From Gemmatimonadaceae bacterium (GTDB lineage Bacteria; Gemmatimonadota; Gemmatimonadetes; Gemmatimonadales; Gemmatimonadaceae): 64,000 bases of DNA. The stretch covers positions 8,474 to 72,473 of the forward strand of contig DASVYG010000443.1 of NCBI GenBank assembly GCA_036392315.1, read 5' to 3'. This document shows, piece by piece, positions 27,180-36,437 of the stretch. How positions within the stretch are numbered: position 1 is the first letter of the stretch; every line of letters starts with the position of its first letter. A program made the translations under genes and the position numbers. Below the pieces are notes generated by a model. The model had not been told where the DNA came from. It was given only the letters and a program-made list of their open reading frames with translations, and did no database searches.

Positions 27180-29006
27180 TCACAACGCTGGGTGCTTCGT
27201 GTGCCAGCTCGTGTGCGTCTGATATTGATGCGCGACGGATAGAATCTTGTCGTCGTTGTAGAGATTGCCGGCCAACACGGCACATATCGGCTGCTGGTTG
27301 TAGACGATCGGCTCAGCGGCGGCCCGACCGGCCGTCGTGTCTACTCCACCACGTCCGCCGCCACCCCCGCGCCCCGCAGGCGGTGAATCGAACTTGTACG
27401 GAACGACGGCACACGGATGTCCAGTTTGCGCATGCAGACCGATGTCCCACTGCCCTTGGCCGCTACCGGCCGGGACGTACATGTCGAAATCCTTCAGCAG
27501 CTCGGCCATCTGTGTGATGAGGATGTGTCGGCGACGCTGTTGCTGAACGAAGTCGATGGCTCGCGGGAATCGTCCGGGAGTCCAGCGGGTGAGCGCCGCC
27601 ATTCCCGTCGGGTTTCCCGGATCGCCGCGTCCGCCACCCGGGCCGCCTCCCCCTCCGCGCCCCGCGCCGGGCTGCGGTTCCGGGATCGTGGCGAGGTCGA
27701 TGCCCAGCTCTTGTGCTTTCGCCCGCACGTACGCGTCGAAGGCCGCCGCGTATTCGACGCCTCCCACTCCGCCGGGCTGCCACTGCGGACGCGGACCGAT
27801 CTCCTTGGGCGCGGCGCCGAGCTCGCGCAGCGTGTCGACGAACTCCTTCGGCGCGTTCGCGTCGACGCCGATGCGCACCGACGCGAGCTTGATGTTCGGA
27901 TCGAAGTGGAACGGCGTCGTCACGGTTCCCGGATCCTTGGGATCGACGCCGTGGATCGCGTTGAAGACCATTGCGCAGTCTTCAATGCTGCGGCAAATGG
28001 GACCAACGCGATCCTGCGACCACGCGAGCACCATGCCGCCATAGCGGCTCACACGACCGAAGGTCGGACGCAGCGCACTCAAGCCACACTCGCGGGCCGG
28101 CGATACGATCGACCCGGACGTCTCGGTGCCGATGCCGAAGGCGACGCACCCCGCCGCCGTCGCAGACGACGGACCCGCTGATGATCCGCTCGAGCCGCGC
28201 CGAATGTCCCACGGATTGTTCGTGCGCCCGCGATACCATTGATCGCCCGTGGCGAACAGACCGGTCGCGAGCTTCGCCATCAATACTGCGCCGGCGTCGC
28301 GCAGCCGCACAACGACTTCCGCATCGTCGTCGATGATGCGATTCTCGTAGTCTCGCGATCCCCAGGTGGTGCGAACGCCCTTGGTCGAGAACAGATCCTT
28401 CACTCCGTACGGAATGCCGTGCAGCGGCCCGCGATACTTGCCCGCCTTGAGCTCGGCGTCGGCCCGCGCCGCGTCGGCGAGTGCCTGTTCCTCCATGATG
28501 GTCACGGCGCAGAGAAGCGTCGGATCGAGCCGCTTCATGCGCTCGAGATAGATGTTCGTGAGTTGCGTGGACGTGATCTTCCGCGCGCGAATCAACGCCG
28601 AGAGACGATGCGCCGGCAGGAACGCGATTTCCTCTGGCGCGGTCGGGACCGGGCCCGTCCACGGAGCAACGGCGAACGTCGATCGCTCGAACGCCGCCGC
28701 ACCGCGTTCGTGGATGAGCTTTTCCATCAGCGCGCCCGTTCCGCCCGGATATGGCTGGAATGTCCACGAAACCGGCTCGCCGTTCCCGAGGGTTGGAAGT
28801 GGCTCCTGGGGAGCTGGCGCGCCGGGCGTCGGCGCTTGTGCGCGCGCGCGTGAGCCGACGCCGAATGTGCTCGCGGCGGCGGTCACGAGCGACCAAAACA
28901 GGAAATCGCGCCGTTGGATGCCGGTCGATTCTTGGACGGCGTCGGCAATCTCGGCGAGCTCCGATTGTGTTTGATCGAGTAACTCGAGGTCTTCACGCAC
29001 GCTCAT
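27180..29006 (-). CDS. Amidase-signature family amidase, Tat-exported
   Basis: The Tat signal is QRRDFLFWSLVTAAASTFGVGSRARA. Motifs GPLHGIPYGVKDLF and GGSSGSSAGPSSATAAGCVAFGIGTETSGSIVSPA match the family. Two Gly/Arg-rich inserts are present. Confidence 0.9.
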   Translation of the reverse strand: MSVREDLELLDQTQSELAEIADAVQESTGIQRRDFLFWSLVTAAASTFGVGSRARAQAPTPGAPAPQEPLPTLGNGEPVSWTFQPYPGGTGALMEKLIHERGAAAFERSTFAVAPWTGPVPTAPEEIAFLPAHRLSALIRARKITSTQLTNIYLERMKRLDPTLLCAVTIMEEQALADAARADAELKAGKYRGPLHGIPYGVKDLFSTKGVRTTWGSRDYENRIIDDDAEVVVRLRDAGAVLMAKLATGLFATGDQWYRGRTNNPWDIRRGSSGSSAGPSSATAAGCVAFGIGTETSGSIVSPARECGLSALRPTFGRVSRYGGMVLAWSQDRVGPICRSIEDCAMVFNAIHGVDPKDPGTVTTPFHFDPNIKLASVRIGVDANAPKEFVDTLRELGAAPKEIGPRPQWQPGGVGGVEYAAAFDAYVRAKAQELGIDLATIPEPQPGAGRGGGGGPGGGRGDPGNPTGMAALTRWTPGRFPRAIDFVQQQRRRHILITQMAELLKDFDMYVPAGSGQGQWDIGLHAQTGHPCAVVPYKFDSPPAGRGGGGGRGGVDTTAGRAAAEPIVYNQQPICAVLAGNLYNDDKILSVAHQYQTHTSWHTKHPAL

Positions 29007-29291
29007 GGTCGGTCCGGATCGGTGTGAGGAATCGCGACAAGCATACGCCCCGCCTTGGGGCCGTCAAGCACATGGCAATTCGCGCAAAGTGAGCGATTGC
29101 TCTTTCTGGATTTCGGCGATAAGTCAGAGGCAGTCCAACCGCCCTCCATGGGCGCCCCGCGGCGCGACGGATCCGACGGCCCATCTCCCGCGGAGCGCAG
29201 TGTTCTCATGCATCGACGCGAATTCCTTACAACTGGCGACGATGCCTCCTACCGCTCCCCCGGTGGAAGCGTTCTTCGATCGACAATCCTG

Positions 29292-30650
29292 ATGCGCGCC
29301 ATCGCCATCCCCGTCAGCGTGATCTTGATCGCGGCCGCGCCCGCCCGGATCGCGGCGCAGCGCGCAATCGCATTCACGCATGCGAGCGTGATCGATGGCT
29401 CCGACTCCATTCCTCGAAACGACCAGACCGTGATCGTTCGCGGCGACCGCATCGTCGCCGTAGGCCCGTCACGGCGCACGAACGTTCCACCAAGCGCGCG
29501 CATCGTCGACGCGCGCGGCCAGTTTCTCATTCCCGGATTGTGGGACATGCACGTGCACACCGCGGTGCTCGGTGGACGCAACCTCCTCGGGCTGTACGTC
29601 GCCAACGGAGTGACCGGTGTGCGCGACATGGCGGGCGATTGGGATACGCTCACGACGTGGCGACGAGACATCGCCGCGCATCGACTGATCGGACCACGCA
29701 TCGTCGCCTCTGGCCCGTACCTCGAAGGCGGCGACGTTCCGATCCCTCACATCCTCACGCGGACTCCTGACGAAGGGCGCGCCGCCGTCGACTCGCTCGT
29801 GGCGCTCGGTGTCGACTTCGTCAAGGTGCACGGACAGCTTACACGTGAGACGTACTTTGCGATCGCGCGACGCGCTCGCGAGCGTGGGATTCCCTTCGCC
29901 GGCCACGTGTCGCAGCTCGTGGGATCCGCCGACGCTTCGGACTCCGGGCAGCGCAGCATCGAGCATCTGCTCGCGATTCCCGCGCCGTGCACGCCGGCGG
30001 AGTCGATCGCGTTGCGGCCACGCTTCACGGTGCAGGGCGCCTTGGGTCGGTGTTCGTCCCAGGATCTCGCTCCGCTCTACGCGCGTTTCGTGCGCAACGG
30101 AACGTGGGTGACGCCGACGTTCACTGCGGCGTTCGAGGTCGCGTCGTGGCCGAATCGAACGGTGCCCGGCGATTCGCTCGCGCACTACCTGCCCGTATCG
30201 CTGCGACGTTTCGTCGAGCAGATCTTTCCGATGCCGGATAGCGTCCCCGCCGGCGCCGACGTCGTTGGTCGCGCGATGTTCGCCAAGCGGCTCGAGCAAA
30301 TCGCGAGGATGCACCGAGCGGGTGTCCACATCTTGGCGGGAACCGACGCGCCGCTGCGCAACAGTCCGCCCGGGTTCGGGCTCCACGAGGAGCTTGCGCT
30401 CTTGGTGCAAGGCGGCATGTCGCCATTCGATGCGATCAGCGCGGCGACGATCGAGCCGGCTCGCTATTTCGGGATGCTCGACTCGATCGGTACGATCGCT
30501 CCGGGTAGGCTCGCCGATTTGGTGCTGCTCGCCGGCAACCCGTTGCGAGACATTCGCCAGACGCGACGCATCGTGGCAGTGATCGCGAACGGACATTTGA
30601 TCGACGCTGCGGAGCGTCGGCGTCTGATCAGCCTGGCGGCGCGGCCGTAA
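29292..30650 (+). CDS. Secreted metal-dependent amidohydrolase
   Basis: ATG 29292 gives the signal peptide MRAIAIPVSVILIAAAPARIAA. Motifs PGLWDMHVHT, VDFVKVHG and GTDAP are present. The upstream extension from 29055 is rejected. Confidence 0.85.
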   Translation: MRAIAIPVSVILIAAAPARIAAQRAIAFTHASVIDGSDSIPRNDQTVIVRGDRIVAVGPSRRTNVPPSARIVDARGQFLIPGLWDMHVHTAVLGGRNLLGLYVANGVTGVRDMAGDWDTLTTWRRDIAAHRLIGPRIVASGPYLEGGDVPIPHILTRTPDEGRAAVDSLVALGVDFVKVHGQLTRETYFAIARRARERGIPFAGHVSQLVGSADASDSGQRSIEHLLAIPAPCTPAESIALRPRFTVQGALGRCSSQDLAPLYARFVRNGTWVTPTFTAAFEVASWPNRTVPGDSLAHYLPVSLRRFVEQIFPMPDSVPAGADVVGRAMFAKRLEQIARMHRAGVHILAGTDAPLRNSPPGFGLHEELALLVQGGMSPFDAISAATIEPARYFGMLDSIGTIAPGRLADLVLLAGNPLRDIRQTRRIVAVIANGHLIDAAERRRLISLAARP

Positions 30651-30776
30651 GGCGCGTCAGTGGTTGGGGAGCGGCCAATCGCGCCAGTGGCGCGACTATA
30701 AGAAGTTGAGTATGATGGTTCTCTCTTCATCGTGGTCAAATGACCGCGCTGGGTCCTCCTCTCCAGCCATGGACGC

Positions 30777-31271
30777 ATGTCGCTTCGAACGATCGCTGTC
30801 GCGGGAATGGTAGCGTTCGCCGCCGCATGTGCGACCGGCGGCGGAAAGAGCGCGCGCGGCGCGGGGTGCGATCTCCGGGACCGCGACTCCGTGTTCGCGG
30901 TCATCGGGCCGGTGTATCGTGATTGCGCCGTCGACCGCGCCGCGCACCTGCTGTCCACCCAGACTCATCCCGATTATCGACCGACCACCCCGCGCTCGAC
31001 GTGCTACTCCGCGGATCTAGAGTTCGTCGTCGACGCGGCTGGTAGACCCGAAGTGCCGACAATTCAGGTCGTCCGCGCGAACGACCAAGGCTTCGCGGAA
31101 TCCGTGCTCGCGATGGTGAGGGGGTGGAGGTACGATCCCGCGGTTCGCGAGGGGAGGGCGGTGCGGCAGATCGTGACGTCGCACCAGGTGATGGGCACGA
31201 TGGTGGTCGCGGTACCGAAGGGCGCGTCGCCACCGTCCGGCCCACCTACCCAACGCCAGCCGTCCTGCTAG
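30777..31271 (+). CDS. Lipoprotein with TonB C-terminal-like domain
   Basis: Signal peptide plus lipobox (AAAC). LEFVVDAAGRPEVPTIQVVRANDQGFAESVLAMVRGWRYDPAVREGRAV resembles a TonB-C / energy-transducer fold. Confidence 0.55.
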   Translation: MSLRTIAVAGMVAFAAACATGGGKSARGAGCDLRDRDSVFAVIGPVYRDCAVDRAAHLLSTQTHPDYRPTTPRSTCYSADLEFVVDAAGRPEVPTIQVVRANDQGFAESVLAMVRGWRYDPAVREGRAVRQIVTSHQVMGTMVVAVPKGASPPSGPPTQRQPSC

Positions 31272-31353
31272 CGACGCGCAGCGATCCCTTCCGCCGGCCA
31301 ATCGACTATTCGAGATTGGGGCATCGTTCCGAGATCCCCAATCCGAGGCTCAG

Positions 31354-31788
31354 ATGCGAAAATTCTTGCCGGCGTTCGCGGCCGCAATCCTCGTCCCATC
31401 CATTATCTCCGCGCAACGACAGGCGATCGTGCCGACGGGAATGTCCGCGTCCGCCACTCTCACTCCGGGCATCCGCCATGGCGACGTGATCTACACGTCG
31501 GGACAACTCGGCGTGTCTCGCGATGCGCCCGACAGCACGATCCAGGGCCAGACCAAGAAATCGCTCGAAAACGTCAAGGCCGTCGTCGAAGCAGCCGGCG
31601 GCACGATGGCGAACGTGCTCAAATGCACGGTGTTTCTGGTCGACGTGAAGGACTTCGCGGGGATGAACTCGGTCTATAGCCAGTTCTTTCCGAAAGAGCC
31701 GCCCGCCCGCTCGACGGTGATCGTTGCCGCGCTCGTCAGCGCGGCGGCGAAGGTCGAGATCGAGTGCATCGCCGCGACCACGAAATGA
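31354..31788 (+). CDS. RidA/YjgF family protein with signal peptide
   Basis: The N-terminal signal is MRKFLPAFAAAILVPSIISA. Motifs YTSGQLG, VLKCTVFLVDVKDFAGMNSVY and PARSTV are present. Confidence 0.85.
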   Translation: MRKFLPAFAAAILVPSIISAQRQAIVPTGMSASATLTPGIRHGDVIYTSGQLGVSRDAPDSTIQGQTKKSLENVKAVVEAAGGTMANVLKCTVFLVDVKDFAGMNSVYSQFFPKEPPARSTVIVAALVSAAAKVEIECIAATTK

Positions 31789-31843
31789 GCGGCCGCTGAT
31801 CAGGTAAGTCTAATAGAAGCGGAGTGCGCAGCAGTCGCTTCGC

Positions 31844-34375
31844 CTACTTGCTGGCCCGAATCGTCCGCACGCCGAACACGGGCGCGATGCGTCCTCCCGG
31901 CGTCGCCTGAAAGCGAACGGTGACTTTGCTCTTCCCACGCGCGACCGCCGCAGGCACCGCGTATTGCGCGTCGAAGAAGCCCGTTGCGGTTGTATTCGGC
32001 GCGAATGGCGCAATCACAGTTCCATCAATGAGGATCTGAAAATTGCCGGAGGCCGGGGGCAGACCAAGTTCGTTCAGATAGGTGACGACGATTGCCGTCT
32101 CCGAGTTCGCGTCGACCGGGAGATCGAACGAGAACCACCCCGGCCCCGAACGATTCGCCCGACCGTTCGTTCGCTGCACCGGGCGGTTGGCGGGATCGCT
32201 TTGATAGTTGAACTCGTGCTCGGGCTGCGAATCACCGACCTGCACGAACGCCACCGTCGCCGCCTCGAGCGTACGAATGCGCTCCTGCTCAGCGGCCAGC
32301 GCCGCGACCCGCGCGTCGAAGTCCGACGGCGTGATCACGTCGAAATACACGCTGTAGGTGCGGCGATGCGTGCGGTAGAACGGCGCGAGCGGCACGTCGG
32401 TGGGCGGCGCCGGCTGCGCGGGGACGCGAGCAACCTGGCTCACGCGGAAATCACCGGCCCGCGCCGGCGAGGGGACGACCCATTGCTCGAGCGGACGATT
32501 CGCCGCCACCAGCACTGGAATCGGCGCGGGAGCGGCCGGCACCGACGCCGACGAATCCGCTGTGCGGACACGTCCTTCGCGCCGCGGCCCGAAGTCGCCG
32601 GCGAGCACGAGCGGTCCCCACATGATCGCAGCAACGCTCCGATTGTCGGGTGTCGGATCGATCCACAGCGATTTCGGCAGCGTCAGCTCGACCGTATCGC
32701 CCGACTTCCATGTGCGCTTCAATTCGACGAATGAGCTGGGCTGGGGCGACGCGTCTTCGTTGCCCATCACTCGACCGCCGGCGCTGCCCGCACGAAGGCT
32801 CGCCAGCGGCGGAGCGTCGACGCTCGATCCGTTCACCTTTACGGTGAATCCGTCACCCGCCCAATTCGGTCGACGAACCGCGAGCGTGAACGCCGCAGGC
32901 CTCGGCATCGCGAGCGTGATCTTCGCCGAGCCGCCATCGGGAAAATCGGTGTCCATCGTGAGATGCACGCCCGCCGTCGTGAATTGCGCCGTCGACGGAA
33001 CGAACAGGTTGACCCACAGCGTGTCCGGCGATTCGTAATAGAGACCATCGCCATGTAAGGCGTGGTTCTCCATTCCCGTGCCGACGCAGCAGGTGAAGCT
33101 CTCCAGCATGTCCTGATATTCCTGCTGGACCCCGCGACCAACCGGAACCATGTACGATGTTCGGCCTTGCTCGGGATCGATCGACGCCAGCACATGATTG
33201 AACAGCGCGCGCTCCTGAAAGTCGGCATAGAACGCATCGGGGTGCAGCGAGAACAACCGGCGCGTGAGCTTGAGCATGTTGTACACGTTGCACGACTCAC
33301 ACGTCCGCCCGTCCACACGCGCGCTCAGTTGGTCCGGATATCCGAAATATTCGGCGAGGCCGTGGCCACCGGTCGCATAGCTGTGGTGCTCGGTCACGCG
33401 GTCCCAGAAGAACGAGGCCGCGAGAATGTCACCCGTGTCGCCGACGTAGGTATAGCGCGCCGCCGATCCGATGAGCTTCGGGATTTGGCAGTTGCCATGT
33501 TTGCCGGCCAGGTTGTCCTGCCCCCGCTTGAGGGCGTCGGTGAACGCGCGGTGCTCGAACTTGTAGGAGAGATCGAGCCAACGTTTGTCTCCGGTATCGG
33601 CGTAGAGGTCGGCGAGCACCTCGTTCATGCCGCCGTGCTCGGTGTTGAGCATCTTCTGAATCTGCGCGTCACTCAGCGGCGCGAGCACGCCCTCCGCCCA
33701 TCCGGCAAACTTGGTCTCGACGTCGAGCGCCGCCTTGTTGCCGGTGTGGCGATGGGCATCGCGGAGTCCAGCGAACGTCTTGTGCAGCGTGTACCATGGC
33801 GACCAGAGACCGTTGAGATCGAACGCGCCGGACCGGATGTCGCCTTTCGACAGCGCGGCAAACGCTTCGCGGCCGCCCTCGAGCGCGCTCAGATACCCGT
33901 CGCCGTTCTTGTCCTGCACCTCTTTGAGCTCACGGACGAGATAGTCGGCCCGCGCCTTGAACCGCGCGTCGCCCGTCGCGAGATACATCAGACTCACTGC
34001 CGACAGATGGTGCCCGGCAATGTGCCCGGTGAGGTTGCGTCCTCCGCCATCCCACCCGCCGTAGGGCTGCGCCTTTTGCGGAAGTCCTGCTCGCACGCGA
34101 TAGTATGCCATCATGCGATCGGGCTCGAGCGAGAGTAGATACTTGGCCGTCACGTCCTGCGCCGTCTTGAGCGGGCCGCCGAGCAAGCGAACTTTGCTCA
34201 GGTGCACGGGTCGCGCACGGATCACCTTCTCCTCGATCGCGCGCGATTCGGGCGATCCAGCGCGGCGAGCGCCCGTAAGAGTTTCGGCAACGGCACTCTG
34301 AGCCAGCGGACTCAGAGTGAGCGCCGCGGCAGCGGAGGCCGAAGCCTGCAGGAAATCGCGTCGATTGGAGGGCAT
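31844..34375 (-). CDS. Glycoside hydrolase family 127-like (beta-L-arabinofuranosidase/DUF1680), Tat-exported
   Basis: ATG 34375 gives MPSNRRDFLQASASAAAALTL (Tat). LTGHIAGHHLSA is present, along with Zn/catalytic-Cys-like motifs CESCN and FTCCVGTG. A long C-terminal beta region follows. Confidence 0.85.
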   Translation of the reverse strand: MPSNRRDFLQASASAAAALTLSPLAQSAVAETLTGARRAGSPESRAIEEKVIRARPVHLSKVRLLGGPLKTAQDVTAKYLLSLEPDRMMAYYRVRAGLPQKAQPYGGWDGGGRNLTGHIAGHHLSAVSLMYLATGDARFKARADYLVRELKEVQDKNGDGYLSALEGGREAFAALSKGDIRSGAFDLNGLWSPWYTLHKTFAGLRDAHRHTGNKAALDVETKFAGWAEGVLAPLSDAQIQKMLNTEHGGMNEVLADLYADTGDKRWLDLSYKFEHRAFTDALKRGQDNLAGKHGNCQIPKLIGSAARYTYVGDTGDILAASFFWDRVTEHHSYATGGHGLAEYFGYPDQLSARVDGRTCESCNVYNMLKLTRRLFSLHPDAFYADFQERALFNHVLASIDPEQGRTSYMVPVGRGVQQEYQDMLESFTCCVGTGMENHALHGDGLYYESPDTLWVNLFVPSTAQFTTAGVHLTMDTDFPDGGSAKITLAMPRPAAFTLAVRRPNWAGDGFTVKVNGSSVDAPPLASLRAGSAGGRVMGNEDASPQPSSFVELKRTWKSGDTVELTLPKSLWIDPTPDNRSVAAIMWGPLVLAGDFGPRREGRVRTADSSASVPAAPAPIPVLVAANRPLEQWVVPSPARAGDFRVSQVARVPAQPAPPTDVPLAPFYRTHRRTYSVYFDVITPSDFDARVAALAAEQERIRTLEAATVAFVQVGDSQPEHEFNYQSDPANRPVQRTNGRANRSGPGWFSFDLPVDANSETAIVVTYLNELGLPPASGNFQILIDGTVIAPFAPNTTATGFFDAQYAVPAAVARGKSKVTVRFQATPGGRIAPVFGVRTIRASK

Positions 34376-34495
34376 GATTTGATTGTGTGAGGGCGGCGGG
34401 GCAGATGCAAGGGCACTGGGCGCCCGCACCGGTTCCGGCAGGCGAGCTCTCAGCGCCTAGTAACCAGCGCCCACGTCTCGGTATTACTTATTCGC

Positions 34496-36403
34496 ATGCA
34501 GAACGCCGACGTCGACGCCCTCTTCCTCGCCTTCCAGCAGGCGGTCGTCGGGCGCTACTCGCTGGAACGCGAGCTCGGACGTGGTGGAATGGGCGTCGTC
34601 TATCTCGCGCGCGAGGTGCTGCTCGACCGGCCGGTCGCGATCAAGCTACTCCCGCCGGAGTTCGCGGCGCGGCCCGAGCTCCGCGACCGCTTCATGCGCG
34701 AGGCGCGAACGGCCGCCCGGCTGTCTCATCCATACATCGTACCCATCCACAGCGTCGATGAGATCGGCGGATTCGTGTTCATCGTCATGGCGTACGTCGA
34801 CGGAGGCACGCTGGCGCAACGCTTGGCCACGCACGGTCCGCTTCCGGCGCACGATGTGACGCGCATCATGCGCGAGGTGGCATGGGCGCTCGCCTACGCA
34901 CACGCGCAAGGCGTGGTGCATCGCGACATCAAGCCCGCCAACATTCTGCTCGAGCGCGGCACGGGGCGCGCCATGGTCGCCGACTTCGGCATTGCCCGAC
35001 TCGCCGACACGACGGGCGACACCGCCGTCGGCGTCGTTCTCGGCACGCCCGAGTTCATGAGCCCCGAACAGGCAACCGCGGAAGAGCTCGACGGCCGCAG
35101 TGATCTCTACGCGCTCGGCATCGTGGCCTATCTGGCGCTCACCGGAACCCTTCCCTTCTCCGCGAACACGGCGCAAGGCGTGATCGCGCAGCATCTCACG
35201 CAACCGCCGCCGCCGATCGCGTCCGTCGCGCGCGGAGTTCCGCGATCGCTGGCGCAAGCCATCGATAAGTGTCTGCAAAAGCAGCCGTCGGCCCGATTCC
35301 TCAATGGCGAGGCGTTGGCCGACGCCCTCGCGCCAGGGATCGAGAAGCGGCCCGAGGTTCCAATCCCAATTCGTGTCTTCCTCGATCGCCGCCGGATGGG
35401 CGCGTTGGTGGTTCCGGCGGCGCTCGCTGTGCCGTTGGTTTCGGGAATTGCCCGAAGCATCGCGAGGCAAGGTGGGCATGTGGCGCCGATCGCGGTCCTC
35501 GTGGCAATGACGGCCGCCAGTCTCGGATTTCCGTTCGGGATGATCGTCTACCGTCTACGCAAACTTCTGCGAGTCGGCTACGGACCCGACGACATCGTCG
35601 CCGCGTTGCGCACGACGTTCGAGCGGCGGCGTGAGGAATTCTTGTACGAGTACGGCGGCGACCCGACCGCGCGCGAACGACTGTTCACGTTCATCGGTGC
35701 AACGGGGCTCATCGTGGGAGCCGGCGCCGTAGCCACGACGATCCTCGCGCCGCACGTGGTTGGTTTCGCCGCGCCTGTCGCCATCATCTCGCTGTACATG
35801 GGCACGTTCGCCACCGCGCTCAGCACGCGTTGGCGTCGCTTGCGCCGCGGCTCCGGCTCGATGTGGTCCAAGCTTTGGTCGGGCAAGATCGGAGAGCAGC
35901 TCGCTCGCATCGCCTCGTTCAAGCTCGGCGATCGCGCCGTACCTGCCGACCGTCCCACCGAGATGGCGATCGCGATGTCGGCCGAAGCGATGTTCGCGAC
36001 GTTTCCGAAAGAGTTGCGCGAATCGCTCGGCGACGTTCCAAAAGCGTTACACGGACTCGAGTCCCACGCGCGCGCGATGCGTGCGAGAATCGAGGAGCTC
36101 GACGCGTCGCTCGCCGAGGTGCAGCGTGGCCCCTCGCGCGTGGTCGCGACGGAACGACAGGAGGCATTGGTCGCCGATCTCGTGCTGACGCGAGAGCGTG
36201 CGCAGACACGCCTTGAAGAATTGGTCACCGCTCTGGAAAACTTGCGGCTCGATCTGCTTCGCTTACGCGCCGGCGGCGGATCGATCGACGGAATCACGCT
36301 CGACCTCGCGACGGCCCGGGAGTTCGGCCAGGAAGCGGATCGCCTGCTGGCCGGTGGACGTGAGGTGGAACAAGCGCTCGCCGCTCCGCGCGATGCAACG
36401 TGA
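34496..36403 (+). CDS. Ser/Thr protein kinase with multi-TM and coiled-coil C-terminal region
   Basis: GRGGMGVVYLA, VAIKLL, HRDIKPANILL, DFGIARL and GTPEFMSPEQ match the kinase domain. Hydrophobic helices and a helical tail follow. Confidence 0.9.
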   Translation: MQNADVDALFLAFQQAVVGRYSLERELGRGGMGVVYLAREVLLDRPVAIKLLPPEFAARPELRDRFMREARTAARLSHPYIVPIHSVDEIGGFVFIVMAYVDGGTLAQRLATHGPLPAHDVTRIMREVAWALAYAHAQGVVHRDIKPANILLERGTGRAMVADFGIARLADTTGDTAVGVVLGTPEFMSPEQATAEELDGRSDLYALGIVAYLALTGTLPFSANTAQGVIAQHLTQPPPPIASVARGVPRSLAQAIDKCLQKQPSARFLNGEALADALAPGIEKRPEVPIPIRVFLDRRRMGALVVPAALAVPLVSGIARSIARQGGHVAPIAVLVAMTAASLGFPFGMIVYRLRKLLRVGYGPDDIVAALRTTFERRREEFLYEYGGDPTARERLFTFIGATGLIVGAGAVATTILAPHVVGFAAPVAIISLYMGTFATALSTRWRRLRRGSGSMWSKLWSGKIGEQLARIASFKLGDRAVPADRPTEMAIAMSAEAMFATFPKELRESLGDVPKALHGLESHARAMRARIEELDASLAEVQRGPSRVVATERQEALVADLVLTRERAQTRLEELVTALENLRLDLLRLRAGGGSIDGITLDLATAREFGQEADRLLAGGREVEQALAAPRDAT

Positions 36404-36437
36404 CGGCCGCCAACGATAGCACGGAGAGAGTAGCATC

